Shown: one piece after another, positions 9,851-19,286 of the stretch
Layout of the letters: each line of letters begins with the position of its first letter
Position numbering within the stretch: the stretch's first letter is position 1
Source of the DNA: an uncultured Chloroflexia bacterium
Lineage (GTDB): Bacteria; Chloroflexota; Limnocylindria; Limnocylindrales; CSP1-4
Assembly: GCA_963734535.1 (NCBI GenBank)
Contig: CAVTHS010000011.1
Coordinates: 146,894 to 210,893 of the forward strand
Direction: 5' to 3'
DNA: 64,000 bases
Made by a program: the position numbers and the translations under genes
The notes under the pieces: generated by a model
Databases searched by the model: none
The model's input: the letters and a program-made list of their open reading frames with translations, nothing else
Told to the model about the DNA's origin: nothing

Positions 9851-11095
9851 TCAGAACATCGTGCTGCACCAGGGTGCCCGCGCGGCCGCGAACAGCGCGT
9901 CGGCGCGGAGGAGCGCCCCGGCGGTGCTCTCGACGACGCGCCCCACCCGCGCGAGCTCCGAGAACCGGAAGGTGCCGAGATACGTCGCGCCGAGGTCGGC
10001 CGCGTCGAGCGTGACGTCCGGCTCGGCGGTCGTGGATTCCACGCGTCCACTCCCATCGTCGCCGACGTCGAGACGCCAGCGACCGGCATTCCACGGGCAG
10101 AAGCCGTCCCGGACCTCGAGCACGAGCGAGCCCGCGCGCCCGTAGGTGCGCGCCGCCAGCGCGGCCGGGACGTCCACGACCCGGAGCCAGATCGCGTCGC
10201 CGACCGTGAAGCCCAGGCGGCGCGGATCCGCGAGCAGCAGCTGGAGCGGGTGCGGGACGGGACCGCGGACGGCGCGAACCAGCCGGACCAGGTCCACCTC
10301 GAAGAGCCACCTCCAGAGGTCGCGGGTCGCCCGCGGCGTCGTCGCCAGCACCTCCAACGCGACGAGCCGGCCATTCGGGCCCCGGTCGTCCCAGTCGGGC
10401 TTGACGCGGTAGAGGGCGGTCCCTTCCACCTGCCCGTCCGCTTCGTACACGGCGAGGAACTTCATGCCGTTCACGCCACGCATGTGATCGGTGTCACGGA
10501 GCGTGATCCAGCGCCACCACGTCTCGCTGCGGCCCACCATCCCCGGCGTCTCGACCCGCACCCGGTCAAAGAGCGCGGGGAAGAGGCCCAGCGCCGTCTC
10601 GAGGTCGACGAGGCGGACGGTTCCCTCGATGGGAGCCTGCCGCGCGAAGCCGGCGGCTCCCCGCTCGATCTCGAAGGTCCCGCTGAGCGTGGCCAGGCCG
10701 TACCCGAATCGCTGGTAGATGGCGCCCTCGGAGGCCCACAGGATCGCGAGGGACTCGCCCCGGGAGTGGATGTCGTCGAGCTGGTGGCGCATCATCGAGC
10801 GCAGGATGCCGCGCCGGCGGTGGGAGGGGCTGACCCCGACGAGCGTCACGCCCGCGGCGGCCGCCTCGCCGCCCGGCACGCTCATGCGGAACGTCAGGGC
10901 CCCGGCCGACGCGACCGGCTGCGTGCCGTCGAACGCCGCGATGATCCGGTCCGGCTCCCAGGTTCGGCGTTCCTCGTCGCCCGGGTCCGGCATGTCCGCG
11001 AAGGCGAGGTTGAGCGGGGCGACGAACGCCTCGACCGTCTCGAGGGTCGCCGTCCGGATGGGATACCGGTCCGCCGTCCCCGGCGTGTCCATCAT
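9851..11095 (-). CDS. Eis-family GNAT acetyltransferase
   Basis: VGVSPSHRRRG, LWASEGAIYQRFGYG, WLRVVDVPAALAAR and an SCP2-like C-terminus. Confidence 0.88.
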   Translation of the reverse strand: MMDTPGTADRYPIRTATLETVEAFVAPLNLAFADMPDPGDEERRTWEPDRIIAAFDGTQPVASAGALTFRMSVPGGEAAAAGVTLVGVSPSHRRRGILRSMMRHQLDDIHSRGESLAILWASEGAIYQRFGYGLATLSGTFEIERGAAGFARQAPIEGTVRLVDLETALGLFPALFDRVRVETPGMVGRSETWWRWITLRDTDHMRGVNGMKFLAVYEADGQVEGTALYRVKPDWDDRGPNGRLVALEVLATTPRATRDLWRWLFEVDLVRLVRAVRGPVPHPLQLLLADPRRLGFTVGDAIWLRVVDVPAALAARTYGRAGSLVLEVRDGFCPWNAGRWRLDVGDDGSGRVESTTAEPDVTLDAADLGATYLGTFRFSELARVGRVVESTAGALLRADALFAAARAPWCSTMF

Positions 11096-12099
11096 GCGTC
11101 GAACCTCCCGTGCACGAGCGTTGCCACCATCGCCGACACTGCCTCGATCTGGCCCGGCGAGACTCGACAGCATCCGCCGACGATCGTCGCTCCCGCCTTG
11201 ATCCAGCGGCGCGCGACGGGCCCATCGACCCCGGGGCCGGCAGCTCCGACCCACGTCTTCGAGTCCGGGTCCCAGCCCTCCCCGCTGTTCGGGTAGACGA
11301 TCAGCGGCTTCGCCGTCGCGCCCCGGGCGCGGGCGAGCAGCTCGTCAACGAACTCCGGCCCCGTGCAGTTCACCCCGACCGCGAGCACGCGCGACGACTG
11401 CTCGGCCAGCGCGAACGCCTCCTCCACGGGCGCGCCGCTCCGGAGCCGGGCGCCGTCGGCGCACGAGAAGCTCAGCCAGCCTCGCGCGCCCGGCGTTGTC
11501 TCGAGCAGCTCGACGAGCGCGATCCCCTCCTCGAGCTCCGGGATCGTCTCGCAGGCGAGCAGGTCGGCCTCCGTGTCGGTCAGGATCTCGAGCCGCTCGC
11601 GATGGAAGTCGCGGAGCTGGGCAACGCTGCGCCCGTAGCGGCCGGTGTATTCGCCGCCATTCGCCTGGAACGCGCCGTACGGCCCGATCGACGCCGCCAC
11701 CAGGAGTGGGCTGACGTCGCGGTGGGGCCGCTCGGCCTGCCAGGCCGCCCGCGCCTCGGACGCCAGCGCCACGCTCCGGCGCAGGAGGCCGATCGCGCCC
11801 GCGTGGTCGATCCCGCGAGCGGCGAAGCCCTCGAACGTGGCCTGGTAGCTGGCGGTCGTCGCGACCGCGGCGCCCGCCCTGTAGAAGGCGAGATGGGCGC
11901 GCACGATCTCGCCCGGGTTCTCCAGCAGCAGCCGGGCCGACCAGAGCGGGTCGGCCAGGCTGTTCCCCTGGGCCTCGAGCTGGGTCGCGAGTCCGCCGTC
12001 GAGGACCACGATGCCGCGCAGCGCGAGGATCGGCGCGAACGGGTCGTCGGCGAGCGCGCCCGGGTCCGACGGCCCCTCGTTGGCGTGGACGCCGTGCAT
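11092..12099 (-). CDS. mmuM: Homocysteine S-methyltransferase
   Basis: LDGGLATQLE, LWSARLL, SIGPYGA, ACETIP, GVNC, YPNSGE and GGCCR. Confidence 0.92.
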   Translation of the reverse strand: MHGVHANEGPSDPGALADDPFAPILALRGIVVLDGGLATQLEAQGNSLADPLWSARLLLENPGEIVRAHLAFYRAGAAVATTASYQATFEGFAARGIDHAGAIGLLRRSVALASEARAAWQAERPHRDVSPLLVAASIGPYGAFQANGGEYTGRYGRSVAQLRDFHRERLEILTDTEADLLACETIPELEEGIALVELLETTPGARGWLSFSCADGARLRSGAPVEEAFALAEQSSRVLAVGVNCTGPEFVDELLARARGATAKPLIVYPNSGEGWDPDSKTWVGAAGPGVDGPVARRWIKAGATIVGGCCRVSPGQIEAVSAMVATLVHGRFDA

Positions 12100-12561
12100 T
12101 CAGCCGGCGCCGCCGATGTCCAGCTGGTAGGCCTCCCAGACGAGGTCCGCGCCGTGCTGCCGATGGCGGATCAGGCGGCCCATGAGCCGCTGGAGGTCGT
12201 CGCGCAGGGCGTTCAGATCGGTCGCCTCCGGGAACGGCGTATCGAAGCGTGCGATCGCGTCGCCGATCGCGCCCGTCAGCGGTGGGTGCTCCTCGCGGAG
12301 CCGGCGAGCCTTGCCCTGCACGTGGGGCGCGATCTCCTCCATCTCGTCGTACAGGCCGCCGGTGGCTTCGGTCTCGGCAACGTGCTCGGCGAACGCTTCG
12401 CGCAGGCCCAGGAGGCGTGCCGTCACGCCCAGGCGCCAGCGTTCGGGATCGTGAACGGAGGACGCGACCGCGTCCTCGAGGACCACGAGCGCGTCCCGCA
12501 GCTCGCGCCGCCGTCGCGCCGCCGCTTCAAGAGCCTGGGTTGCCTGGTTCTCCTGGTTCAC
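12100..12561 (-). CDS. Hemerythrin-like domain protein
   Basis: All-helical with EHVAETE, EEH and RH metal-ligand-like motifs; abuts mmuM. Confidence 0.65.
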   Translation of the reverse strand: MNQENQATQALEAAARRRRELRDALVVLEDAVASSVHDPERWRLGVTARLLGLREAFAEHVAETEATGGLYDEMEEIAPHVQGKARRLREEHPPLTGAIGDAIARFDTPFPEATDLNALRDDLQRLMGRLIRHRQHGADLVWEAYQLDIGGAG

Positions 12562-12609
12562 GGGATCGCCTCCGGGTGGCGGGCTGTCGCCCGCCCATGG
12601 TAGGCCCGG

Positions 12610-13161
12610 TCAGGGTTCCCGGCGAGGTCGGACTGCGATCGGCCCGATCACCTCGCGCCAGGCCCGCGTGAGGGCCCGGAACTCGGCGGCGGGAATCCGC
12701 TCGACCGCGACCACGGCGGCCGCGGTCTCGGCGGCGCACTCGGCTGCCAGGCGCCGCAGCGCGGCGTCGGGAAGCTCGACGAGCGCCGCCAGGGCGGCGT
12801 CCCGCGCCCCGGTCGCGGCCGCGAGGGCGACCACGTCGCGCTCGTTGGCGAATGCCCGGTCGCGGGCTCGTCGCGCCGCGGCCGGGGCCTTGCTGGCCCG
12901 CGGGTCGTAGTCCAGGGCGACACGCCGGGCCGCCTCCAGCCGTGCCGCCTCGTCGGGGTCCAGCGACCCGGCCCGAGCCACGATCCCGACGACGATCTCT
13001 GCGCGGGGCCCATAGGCGCCGGTCGCGCAGATCTCGACGACCCGCCGGCGCCGGCGCCGCCCATCGAGGAGGTGGAACGCGGCAAGGATCCCGAACCCGC
13101 CGAGGAGCACAACCCAGACGAGCAGCTCGGAGGCGAGGTCGCGAACCTGGGCTGCGGTCAT
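12610..13161 (-). CDS. Hypothetical single-TM protein
   Basis: N-terminal hydrophobic helix; CACAAT 6 nt upstream of the ATG (leaderless layout). Confidence 0.6.
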   Translation of the reverse strand: MTAAQVRDLASELLVWVVLLGGFGILAAFHLLDGRRRRRRVVEICATGAYGPRAEIVVGIVARAGSLDPDEAARLEAARRVALDYDPRASKAPAAARRARDRAFANERDVVALAAATGARDAALAALVELPDAALRRLAAECAAETAAAVVAVERIPAAEFRALTRAWREVIGPIAVRPRREP

Positions 13162-13255
13162 GCGTGGATTGTGGGGGACGCGGTCCAGCGTGGCCCGGCG
13201 GTCAGGCTGGAGCCAGCGGCCGGTCTTCGTCGGACCGCCGCCCAGGTTCGGGGCG

Positions 13256-14191
13256 TCAGCGCCGCCCCGCCGCGTCGAAACGCTCGGACTCGCTCGTGAG
13301 CCGGTCCAGCTCGTCCGGCGCCAGGGCCAGGTCCGCCGCCGCGGCGTTCTGCTCCAGCTGCTCCAGCGTCCGGGCTCCGGGGATCGCGGCCGTGTTCGGA
13401 TGCGCGATGACCCACGCGAGGGCCACCTGCGCCGGGGTGGCGCCATGGGCCACCGCGATCTCGCGGACGGCCGCCAGAAGCGGCTGAGCGCGGCGAAGCG
13501 CGGCGTCGCGAAACAGCGGGTTCATGCGCCGCGTGCCACTGCGGCGCTGCGCCGGATCGTCGGCGGCCAGGAACGCCTGCCCGAGCGGGCTGTAGGCGAT
13601 GACCAGCCTGTCGCGCTCGGCGGCGTACGGGACCAGGTCCCAGTGGGGCGACGGGGTCGCCAGGCTGAAGCGCACCTGGTTCGAGATCACCGGCCGCCGA
13701 AGCGCCGACTCGAGGGCCCGCCAGCGCCCGAGACCGTGGTTGCTCACGCCGACGCGGCGCGCGAGCCCCGCATCGAGGACGCGCCGCAGGCCGGCGGCCT
13801 GGGTGCGGACCGGAACGATCGGGTTCGGCCAGTGGAGCTGGTAGAGGTCGAGCGCGGCAACCTCCAGGCGATCGCGGCTGGAGGCCGCCCGCGACACCAT
13901 GATCGAGGGCAGTGGCAGGATCGGCAGCAGCTTCGTGGCAACGAACGCTCGGGCCGCGAGATCCGGGCCGGCCGCGGCGAGGCCGCGCGCGACGATCCGT
14001 TCCGACTCGCCGAAGCCGTAGACCTCCGCGGTGTCGATCAGCGTGACGCCGAGCTCCAGCGCGCGCCGGACCATGGCCGGGGCCTCGTGCGCCGCGTATT
14101 CCGCCCCGTAGCCCCATTCGCGCGACCCGAACTGCCACGTGCCCAGGCCGATGACGGAGACCCGAACGCCGCCGACCTCGAGATACCTCAT
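13256..14191 (-). CDS. Aldo/keto reductase
   Basis: GLGTWQFG, IDTAEVYG, ATK, DLYQLHWP, GVSN, AYSPLG and IPGA. Confidence 0.92.
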   Translation of the reverse strand: MRYLEVGGVRVSVIGLGTWQFGSREWGYGAEYAAHEAPAMVRRALELGVTLIDTAEVYGFGESERIVARGLAAAGPDLAARAFVATKLLPILPLPSIMVSRAASSRDRLEVAALDLYQLHWPNPIVPVRTQAAGLRRVLDAGLARRVGVSNHGLGRWRALESALRRPVISNQVRFSLATPSPHWDLVPYAAERDRLVIAYSPLGQAFLAADDPAQRRSGTRRMNPLFRDAALRRAQPLLAAVREIAVAHGATPAQVALAWVIAHPNTAAIPGARTLEQLEQNAAAADLALAPDELDRLTSESERFDAAGRR

Positions 14192-14249
14192 GTCCTCACC
14201 TGCTCCCGGCGGCTCGGATCGGTGCGCGCGCCCGGGTTGGCCGGGGCCG

Positions 14250-15275
14250 TCAGTACGAGTGTTCGTCAAGGTGCACGGGACCCCGGAACGTCCGGTAGAT
14301 CCAGGCCGTGTAGGCGAGCACGAACGGGAAGCCGACCACCGTGATCACCAGCATCACGGTCAGGGTCAGGTCGGATGAAGCGGTCGTCGACACGGCCAGC
14401 GAGACGCCCTGGTCGCGCGCCGGCACCAGGTTCGGCCAGAGGCCGATCCCGAGCGTGGCGATCATGGCGGCAATGGCGGCCGACGACGCGGCGAACGCGG
14501 CGACGACCCGGCCACGCCGGACCAGGACCGGGAATGCAAGGAGTGCCGCGACCAGGGCAATCGGCGCAAGCCAGGCCGGGATGAACCCGAACCCATCCCA
14601 GAGCGCCGGCGCCTCGGATCGGGACCAGGCTGTCACGACGACCCACAGGACGAGCGTCGCGGCCATGCCGACGTTCGCCGTCCGTCGCGCGCGGTCGCGA
14701 ACGTCGCCCTCCGTCTTGGTGAGCAGCCAGGCGGAACCCTGCATCAGGAACATCGCCGCGGACAGAAGGCCCACGGAGAGCGCGAACGGCGACAGCAGCC
14801 CCGTGAACGTGCCCGCGTAGTCGCCCTGGCCGTCGAGCGGCACGCCGCGCATGACGTTGCCGATCGCGACCCCGAACAGGACCGCCGGCAGGAGCGAGCC
14901 GACGCAGAATGCGACGTCCCAGGTCGTCCGCCATGCCCGTCCCCGTTCCTTCGAGCGGAACTCGAGCGAGACCGCCCGCAGGATCAGGGCCGCCAGCACC
15001 AGCATCAGGGCCAGGTAGAAGCCCGAGAAGACCGTCGCGTAGACCTTCGGGAACGCCGCGAACAGGGCGCCACCGGCCGTGATGAGCCAGACCTCGTTCC
15101 CGTCCCAGACCGGCCCGATGCTGTTCATGAGGATCCGGCGCTCGTCGTCCGTGCGTGCCGTCGTCAGGTGCTGCATGCCGACGCCCAGGTCGAACCCGTC
15201 GAGGATCGCGTAGCCAACCAGGAGCACCCCGATGAGGAGGAACCAGGCGGCCTGGAGGAATCCGTTCTCGGCCAT
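14250..15275 (-). CDS. cydB: Cytochrome bd quinol oxidase subunit II
   Basis: LDGFDLGVG, IGPVWDGNEVWL and LRAVSLEFR. Confidence 0.95.
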   Translation of the reverse strand: MAENGFLQAAWFLLIGVLLVGYAILDGFDLGVGMQHLTTARTDDERRILMNSIGPVWDGNEVWLITAGGALFAAFPKVYATVFSGFYLALMLVLAALILRAVSLEFRSKERGRAWRTTWDVAFCVGSLLPAVLFGVAIGNVMRGVPLDGQGDYAGTFTGLLSPFALSVGLLSAAMFLMQGSAWLLTKTEGDVRDRARRTANVGMAATLVLWVVVTAWSRSEAPALWDGFGFIPAWLAPIALVAALLAFPVLVRRGRVVAAFAASSAAIAAMIATLGIGLWPNLVPARDQGVSLAVSTTASSDLTLTVMLVITVVGFPFVLAYTAWIYRTFRGPVHLDEHSY

Positions 15276-15287
15276 CGTCGTGCCTCC

Positions 15288-16697
15288 CTACGCCACGTCC
15301 TGGCCCGCCCGGAGGGCGATCTCGTGTCTCGGCAGCTCGTCGAGCGCGGCGTCATCGCCCCCATCGCCGGGCGCCGGCGCCGGACCGTGACCCAGCTCGC
15401 GACGCATGAGGTAGAGCCACAGCGCCCCGAGGAGGACGTACAGCCCCACCAGCAGGCCCAGCGAGATGGCGACCTGCTCGGCGGGCACGACCCTGCTCAC
15501 GCCATCGGCCGTTCGCATCACGCCGTAGACGATCCATGGCTGGCGACCGATCTCCGCCGTCGCCCAGCCCAGCTGGATCGCGATCAGCGGGAGCGGCGTC
15601 GCCAGCACCGCCGCCCGGAGCCAGAAGGGTCGCCGGAAGAGGCTCCGTTGCCACAGGTAATAGGCGCCGAAGGCCATCACGAGCAGCATCAACGTGCCGA
15701 GCAGGACCATGTTGTGGTACGAGAGGAAGCTCAGCGCGATCGGCGGCCAGTCCTGCGCCGGGAACTGGTCGAGCCCCGCGACCGGCGCGTTCCAGTCGCC
15801 GTACGTCATGAACGAGAGAAGGCGCGCCACCTGGAGCTCCGGTCCCTGCGGGATGTCGGCCGGGTTCTGCGTCGGCGGCAGCGCGAAGATCGTCATCGGG
15901 ACGCCGGCCGACGTCGAGTAGATGGCCATGATCCCGGCGAACTTCGCGGGCTGCGTCCTGGCCACCTGCTTGGCGCTCATGTCGCCGGTGGCGAACATGG
16001 CGGCCGACCCGACGAAGGCGGTGACGAGCGCGATCGGCACCACGGCCCGCGCCACCGAGAGGTGCCTCCGCTTGAGGACGTACCAGGCCGAGACGCCCAG
16101 GGCGAGGAAGGCGCCGGCCGTGAGGGCCGAGGCCACGGTGTGCAGGTACCGCGGAACGATCGACGGATTGAGGGCAGCCGCGAAGAAGTCCGTCAGCCGG
16201 GCGCGCCCATCGACGATCTGGTAGCCGGCCGGCGTCTGCATCCAGCTGTTCGCGATCAGGATCCAGACCGCCGAGAGGAGCGTTCCGACGACGACCATGA
16301 GCGCCGCGAACCAGCGGACGCGGGAGCTGATCCGACCCTGGCCGAAGAGGAGCAGGCCCAGGAACGAGGACTCGAGGAAGAAGGCCAGGATCCCCTCGGC
16401 CGCCAGCGGGGCGCCGAAGATGTCGCCCACGAACGCGGAGTACTGCGCCCAGTTGGTCCCGAACTGGAACTCCATGACGAGGCCGGAGGCGACCCCGACG
16501 ACGAAGGTCAGGGCGAAGATCCGGGTCCAGAACGCGGCGGCCCGATCGTACGTCTCGGCCTTCCCGTGGCGATTCCGGACCCGCAGCGTCTCGAGCACGA
16601 GAACGATCGCCCCGATCCCGATCGAGATGCTGGGGAAGAAGAAGTGGAACCCGATCGTGATCGCGAACTGGATCCGGGCAAGCTGCTCGACGTCCAC
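15288..16697 (-). CDS. cydA: Cytochrome bd quinol oxidase subunit I
   Basis: LARIQFA..FHFFF, EFQFGTNW, ANSWMQTP, QPAKFA and EIGRQPW. Confidence 0.95.
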   Translation of the reverse strand: MDVEQLARIQFAITIGFHFFFPSISIGIGAIVLVLETLRVRNRHGKAETYDRAAAFWTRIFALTFVVGVASGLVMEFQFGTNWAQYSAFVGDIFGAPLAAEGILAFFLESSFLGLLLFGQGRISSRVRWFAALMVVVGTLLSAVWILIANSWMQTPAGYQIVDGRARLTDFFAAALNPSIVPRYLHTVASALTAGAFLALGVSAWYVLKRRHLSVARAVVPIALVTAFVGSAAMFATGDMSAKQVARTQPAKFAGIMAIYSTSAGVPMTIFALPPTQNPADIPQGPELQVARLLSFMTYGDWNAPVAGLDQFPAQDWPPIALSFLSYHNMVLLGTLMLLVMAFGAYYLWQRSLFRRPFWLRAAVLATPLPLIAIQLGWATAEIGRQPWIVYGVMRTADGVSRVVPAEQVAISLGLLVGLYVLLGALWLYLMRRELGHGPAPAPGDGGDDAALDELPRHEIALRAGQDVA

Positions 16698-16826
16698 GCG
16701 CTGACCTCCACCAATGCGGCCGTCGCACTGTGGCCCGAGCGCCCCAAGCCCCGGTAGCGCCGCGCGGCCCGGACGGTCAGGCCGAAGGGCACGCGGCGAG
16801 GGCCATCGTGCCCGGTCGCCGCCGCG

Positions 16827-18239
16827 TCAGTCGGCGTCGGTCCGCACGTAGCGCCGGCCGATCAGGGCGAACGCGGGAAGCCGTCCAAGCCAGGCGGAGA
16901 GCGGCTGCGTTGGCCGCCCCTCCCTGCCGGCGATCGCGAGGCGGGCGTTCGCCTCGTCGCCGCTGGGTCGCGCGTCCACGATCGCCAGGTCGATCGCGAC
17001 CCGGCCGGGGATGCCTTCGCCGAGAGTGGCGATGGCCTCCGCCGGGGGCGGTCCGACCTCGTACTCCGCACGCACCTCGGCCTCGGCGCGCCAGCGGGGC
17101 CGGCGGAGCAGGATCCGCGACCAGGTCGCGGCGACGTCCGGCGTCACGTGCCCGTCGCCGGGCCTGGGCGCCTGCCCGACCTCCAGCCCGCGGGCCCAGC
17201 GGGCGGCCCGGTGGAGGAGCGCGTACTCGTCGAGGTCCGCGAAGCCGGCCAGGTCGTCCGCGGGCGAGGCGTCCCCGAAGAGCGCGGCGATCGACGTCGC
17301 GAAGACGCCCGCCAGGTCGAGGTCGATTCCCCGCACCGTCCGGTGGAAGTAGACCTGCTGGTACATGAACAGGCGTGCCGTCAGGAACATCTCCAGGGCG
17401 CTGATGCCGGACTCGTAGAGGGTCAGCCCGCGTTCGGAGATGAAGGCGTAGCGCCGCAGCCGCTCGGCGTCCACCGGTCCGGCCGAGACGCCCGTCAGGT
17501 AGGCGTCGCGCCGGACGTAGTCCAGGTTGTCGACCGTGAACACGCCGGAGAGCAGGGGCTGGAGCCAGCGGACCCAGAGCGGCATGGCCGCGTCGTCCAG
17601 GGGCGGCTTCGAGATGAGGAACGCCACCCAGGCCGGGTCGATCTCCTCGCCGGGCTCGATCGCGTCGCGCCCGGGCACCCCGCCCGGCGCCCGTCGGAGG
17701 CCGCGGATCAGGGGTGCCAGCTCCCTGGTCACGATGAGCTGCGAGAGGTCCTCGTGGGAGAGCGCCTTCGGGCCGCTGCGCCGCTCGTCGTGTGGCGCCG
17801 GGAAGCGCGCCAGCACGTGCTCGTCGTAGAAGTGGGCGAACGGGCCGTGACCAACGTCGTGGAGCAGGCCCGCCACGCGGAGCGTCTCGACCACCAGCCC
17901 CTCCGACGGGACGGGCCCTGCGGCCGCCGCGGTCGCCAGCGCGTCGGCGAGCGACGGGTAGAGCTGGCGTGCCCACAGGCCCGCCTCGTGCATCACGCCA
18001 AGGCCGTGCGTGAACCGCGAATGCTCCGCGGTGGGAAAGACCCAGCGCGCGCTCTGGAGCTGGCTGATCCTGCGCAGGCGCTGCAGCCAGACGGTGTCGA
18101 GGAGATCCTCCTCCGCCGTCTCCTCGTCCGGGAGCCCGGCCGCCATGGCGGCCCCCGACGAGAGACGCTTCGTCAGCTCGATGTAGCCGTGGATCGGGTC
18201 GCTGATCAGGTTGACGGCGGCGAAGCGGGCCGGTCGCAT
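16827..18239 (-). CDS. HD-domain phosphohydrolase, dNTPase/SAMHD1-like (COG1078)
   Basis: DPIHGYI, QRLRRISQL, HSRFTHGLG, LLHDVGHGPFAH, DNLDYVRRD and MYQQVYFH. Confidence 0.88.
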   Translation of the reverse strand: MRPARFAAVNLISDPIHGYIELTKRLSSGAAMAAGLPDEETAEEDLLDTVWLQRLRRISQLQSARWVFPTAEHSRFTHGLGVMHEAGLWARQLYPSLADALATAAAAGPVPSEGLVVETLRVAGLLHDVGHGPFAHFYDEHVLARFPAPHDERRSGPKALSHEDLSQLIVTRELAPLIRGLRRAPGGVPGRDAIEPGEEIDPAWVAFLISKPPLDDAAMPLWVRWLQPLLSGVFTVDNLDYVRRDAYLTGVSAGPVDAERLRRYAFISERGLTLYESGISALEMFLTARLFMYQQVYFHRTVRGIDLDLAGVFATSIAALFGDASPADDLAGFADLDEYALLHRAARWARGLEVGQAPRPGDGHVTPDVAATWSRILLRRPRWRAEAEVRAEYEVGPPPAEAIATLGEGIPGRVAIDLAIVDARPSGDEANARLAIAGREGRPTQPLSAWLGRLPAFALIGRRYVRTDAD

Positions 18240-18262
18240 GGCTCGATTGTGGCCCTTCGCGA

Positions 18263-19270
18263 TCACCCGCGTGGGTAGCGCTCGGCGGCTCCATGGACGA
18301 TCCCGCCGATCTCGCGGCGGAGCGCTTCGGGCTGGATGACCTCGACGTCGGCGCCCCAGCCGAGGATCCAGGGCCGGATCTCCAGCGTGCCGGATACCCG
18401 CGCGCGCCAGGTCAGGGAGCCGTCGGCGCTCCTCGCAAGCGTCTGGGTCGGGTGCCAGGTCGTCTCGGCCACGCGCGACGCGACAGATGGTGCGAAGCGC
18501 AGGACGACCTCCACCACGGCCTGGTCGGCCACGATCCCCCACGCTCGGTCGAGTGCCGCCTCGATCTCGCCATCGGGCGGCGGCTCGAACTCGACGGGAG
18601 TCATGGCCAGGCTGCGGATCCGCTCGAGCTTGAAGGTGCGAATCCCGCCTTTCGTCTCGTCGTAGCCGATCAGGTAGAGCGCGTGCGTGTCGGCCGAGGG
18701 CTCGATGAGATACGGCCGGACGCGGGCCGCGCGCGGCCGGCGGGTGGGGTCGTAGGTGCTTGGGTCGTAGGTCAGCTCCACGACCCGCCGCTCCGCCCAT
18801 GCCTGCGTCAGCAGCCGCAGGTTGCGGCTCCCCACGGGGTCCAGCGGCCGGGCGGCCATCACGTCGAGGGTTCGCTGCACGTGGCGGGCAAGGACCGGCG
18901 GCAGGGCCTCCCCGAGCTTCTGGAACGCTGCCGCCAGGTCGGGGTCGTATGAATCTGCGTAGCGCGCCATCAGGCGGGCCGCCAGGAAGACGGCCATCGC
19001 CTCAGCGCGGGTCAGCCGGAACGCGGGCAGGAAGGCCCGATCCTCGATTCCCCACCGGCCGCCCTCCGCCCAGAGCGGGATATCCAGCTCGTCCTGGAGG
19101 GCCCGAAGGTCGCGGTAGGCATTCCTCCTGGACATCCCGACGAAGGCGGCGATCTGGTCGGGCGTCGCGCCCTCCGAGTGTGCCTCGAGATAGGTCGTCA
19201 CGCGGTAGAAGCGGGCCAGTCGGTCACGCTTGCGCCCGGCCGCGTCGGTGCCCGAATCCCAGCGATCCAT
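18263..19270 (-). CDS. WYL-domain transcriptional regulator (HTH-WYL-WCX)
   Basis: HTH MSRRNAYRDL; WYL region VRPY..LYLIGYD..RTFKLERI; WCX region WILGWGADVEVIQPEALR. Confidence 0.92.
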   Translation of the reverse strand: MDRWDSGTDAAGRKRDRLARFYRVTTYLEAHSEGATPDQIAAFVGMSRRNAYRDLRALQDELDIPLWAEGGRWGIEDRAFLPAFRLTRAEAMAVFLAARLMARYADSYDPDLAAAFQKLGEALPPVLARHVQRTLDVMAARPLDPVGSRNLRLLTQAWAERRVVELTYDPSTYDPTRRPRAARVRPYLIEPSADTHALYLIGYDETKGGIRTFKLERIRSLAMTPVEFEPPPDGEIEAALDRAWGIVADQAVVEVVLRFAPSVASRVAETTWHPTQTLARSADGSLTWRARVSGTLEIRPWILGWGADVEVIQPEALRREIGGIVHGAAERYPRG

Positions 19271-19286
19271 GGGGTCGTCCTTCCCG

